A DNA stretch of 32,498 bases from Pirellulales bacterium (GTDB lineage Bacteria > Planctomycetota > Planctomycetia > Pirellulales > UBA1268): NCBI GenBank assembly GCA_044337845.1, contig JBIIMU010000001.1, forward strand, positions 1 through 32,498, given 5' to 3'. Shown one piece after another: positions 31,921-32,498 of this stretch; position 1 is the stretch's first letter, and every line of letters begins with the position of its first letter. The notes beneath the pieces were generated by a model. The model was given only the letters and a program-made list of their open reading frames with translations, was not told the origin of the DNA and searched no databases. The translations under genes were made by a program, and so were the position numbers.

Positions 31921-32498
31921 ATGAATCCCGCCTCGCTCGGCATCTCCGCCATCGCCGTCCACCAGCCCGCCTGGGAACTCGGCAACGACTGGTTCGGCGC
32001 GGCGATGCCCCGGAAGTTCTCCCACCACACGGGCATCGAGGCGCGGGCGATCTCGCTCGACGACGAGGTGACGATGGGCGTGGCCGCGGTGCGGAAGCTC
32101 CAGCGGGAGACCGGCTGCAATCTCGCCGACTGCCGCGGGATCCTCTTCGTGTCGCCGTCGTTCATCCCGGCCGCCGTCGCCCGCCGGCACCTCGACGCCG
32201 ACGGCGCGGAGCGGGAGCGGCCCGGTCGGGCCGCCCGCGAGGTCGTCCGTCACCTCGGCCTCACCCGCTGCCGTGCGGTGGGCATCAACTGGTTCTGCTG
32301 CGGCTACAGCCGAGCCCTCGCGCTCGCCGCCCGCCGCTGGGCGCCGCGGCTCGGCCTGCGGCGCGACGAGTTCGTGCTCGTGGTCGTGGCCACCCGCATC
32401 AGCCGGATCACCGACTACTCCAACGTCACCACCGCCGGCCTGTTCGGCGACATGGCGTCGGCCACGCTCCTGGCCACGCCCGCGAGCCGCCGCCATCC
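31921..32498 (+). CDS. 3-oxoacyl-ACP synthase III (FabH)-like condensing enzyme, 5' part (runs off the window)
   Basis: The frame is open from ATG 31921 to the window end. It is absent from the track because it has no in-window stop. It translates to MNPASLGISAIAVHQPAWELGNDWF...HHTGIEARAISLDDEVTMGVAAVRKL...RAVGINWFCCGYSRALALAARRW...VLVVVATRISRITDYSNVTTAGLFGDMASATLL. The active-site Cys context and the LFGD(G/M)A block are typical of KAS III/thiolase-fold enzymes, and GC3 is very high. Confidence 0.75.
   Translation, partial: MNPASLGISAIAVHQPAWELGNDWFGAAMPRKFSHHTGIEARAISLDDEVTMGVAAVRKLQRETGCNLADCRGILFVSPSFIPAAVARRHLDADGAERERPGRAAREVVRHLGLTRCRAVGINWFCCGYSRALALAARRWAPRLGLRRDEFVLVVVATRISRITDYSNVTTAGLFGDMASATLLATPASRRH

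Noticed and set aside
31699-32496. Upstream 266 codons of minus ORF 30802..32496
   Set aside because: This part is antisense to the FabH-like plus-strand CDS. It is Arg/Gly/Glu-rich, and the isomerase has a canonical Tat signal starting at ATG 31698.

Overview
Very GC-rich bacterial chromosomal segment (GC not computed, judged by eye). The gene content points to Planctomycetota. Supporting genes are a DUF1559/H-X9-DG prepilin-like protein, three PEP-CTERM surface proteins carrying autotransporter-type beta-strand repeats and dockerin-like EF-hand pairs, a Tat-signal sugar-phosphate isomerase, and a secreted glycosidase with an 'ERLEGRQLLA' N-terminus. I support about 27 protein-coding genes or gene fragments, 2 tRNAs, 1 complete IS element, and several non-coding elements. 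Gene order left to right: (1) a Ser/Thr kinase with a degenerate receiver domain, followed by a circularly permuted ATP-grasp + alpha-E pair; (2) kdsB, tRNA-Leu, a DUF2294 gene, an AraC relic, a small secreted CBM-like protein, tRNA-Lys; (3) a GH25-muramidase/beta-helix/PEP-CTERM protein and a fused acyltransferase-ACP-AMP-ligase; (4) a mannan utilisation cluster (GH26, GH5, Na+/solute symporter, GH130 phosphorylase, LacI regulator); (5) a DUF1559 pseudopilin + lipoprotein pair and two divergent PEP-CTERM genes; (6) an IS5/IS1182-type insertion flanked by two short ORFs; (7) a frame-split AraC regulator, a small ORF, a Tat sugar-phosphate isomerase and the 5' end of a FabH-like gene. The most unusual signals are non-coding. 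First, a roughly 80-nt two-hairpin (GNRA-loop) repeat family sits in three convergent intergenic gaps, shows a compensatory stem change, and has an apparently related in-frame double copy inside the alpha-E gene. Second, a roughly 40-nt conserved upstream element with the perfect palindrome AAAGTACTTT precedes two secreted-protein genes, with looser AT-rich variants in front of the mannan genes. Third, an array of TGCGAAAC/GTTTCGC sites lies in a 420-nt low-GC divergent intergenic region. Fourth, both tRNA genes share a TTGCSS-N16-TACGAT promoter. No CRISPR array, cas genes or recognisable defence, toxin or prophage genes were seen. All family assignments come from motif recognition by eye, not from searches.
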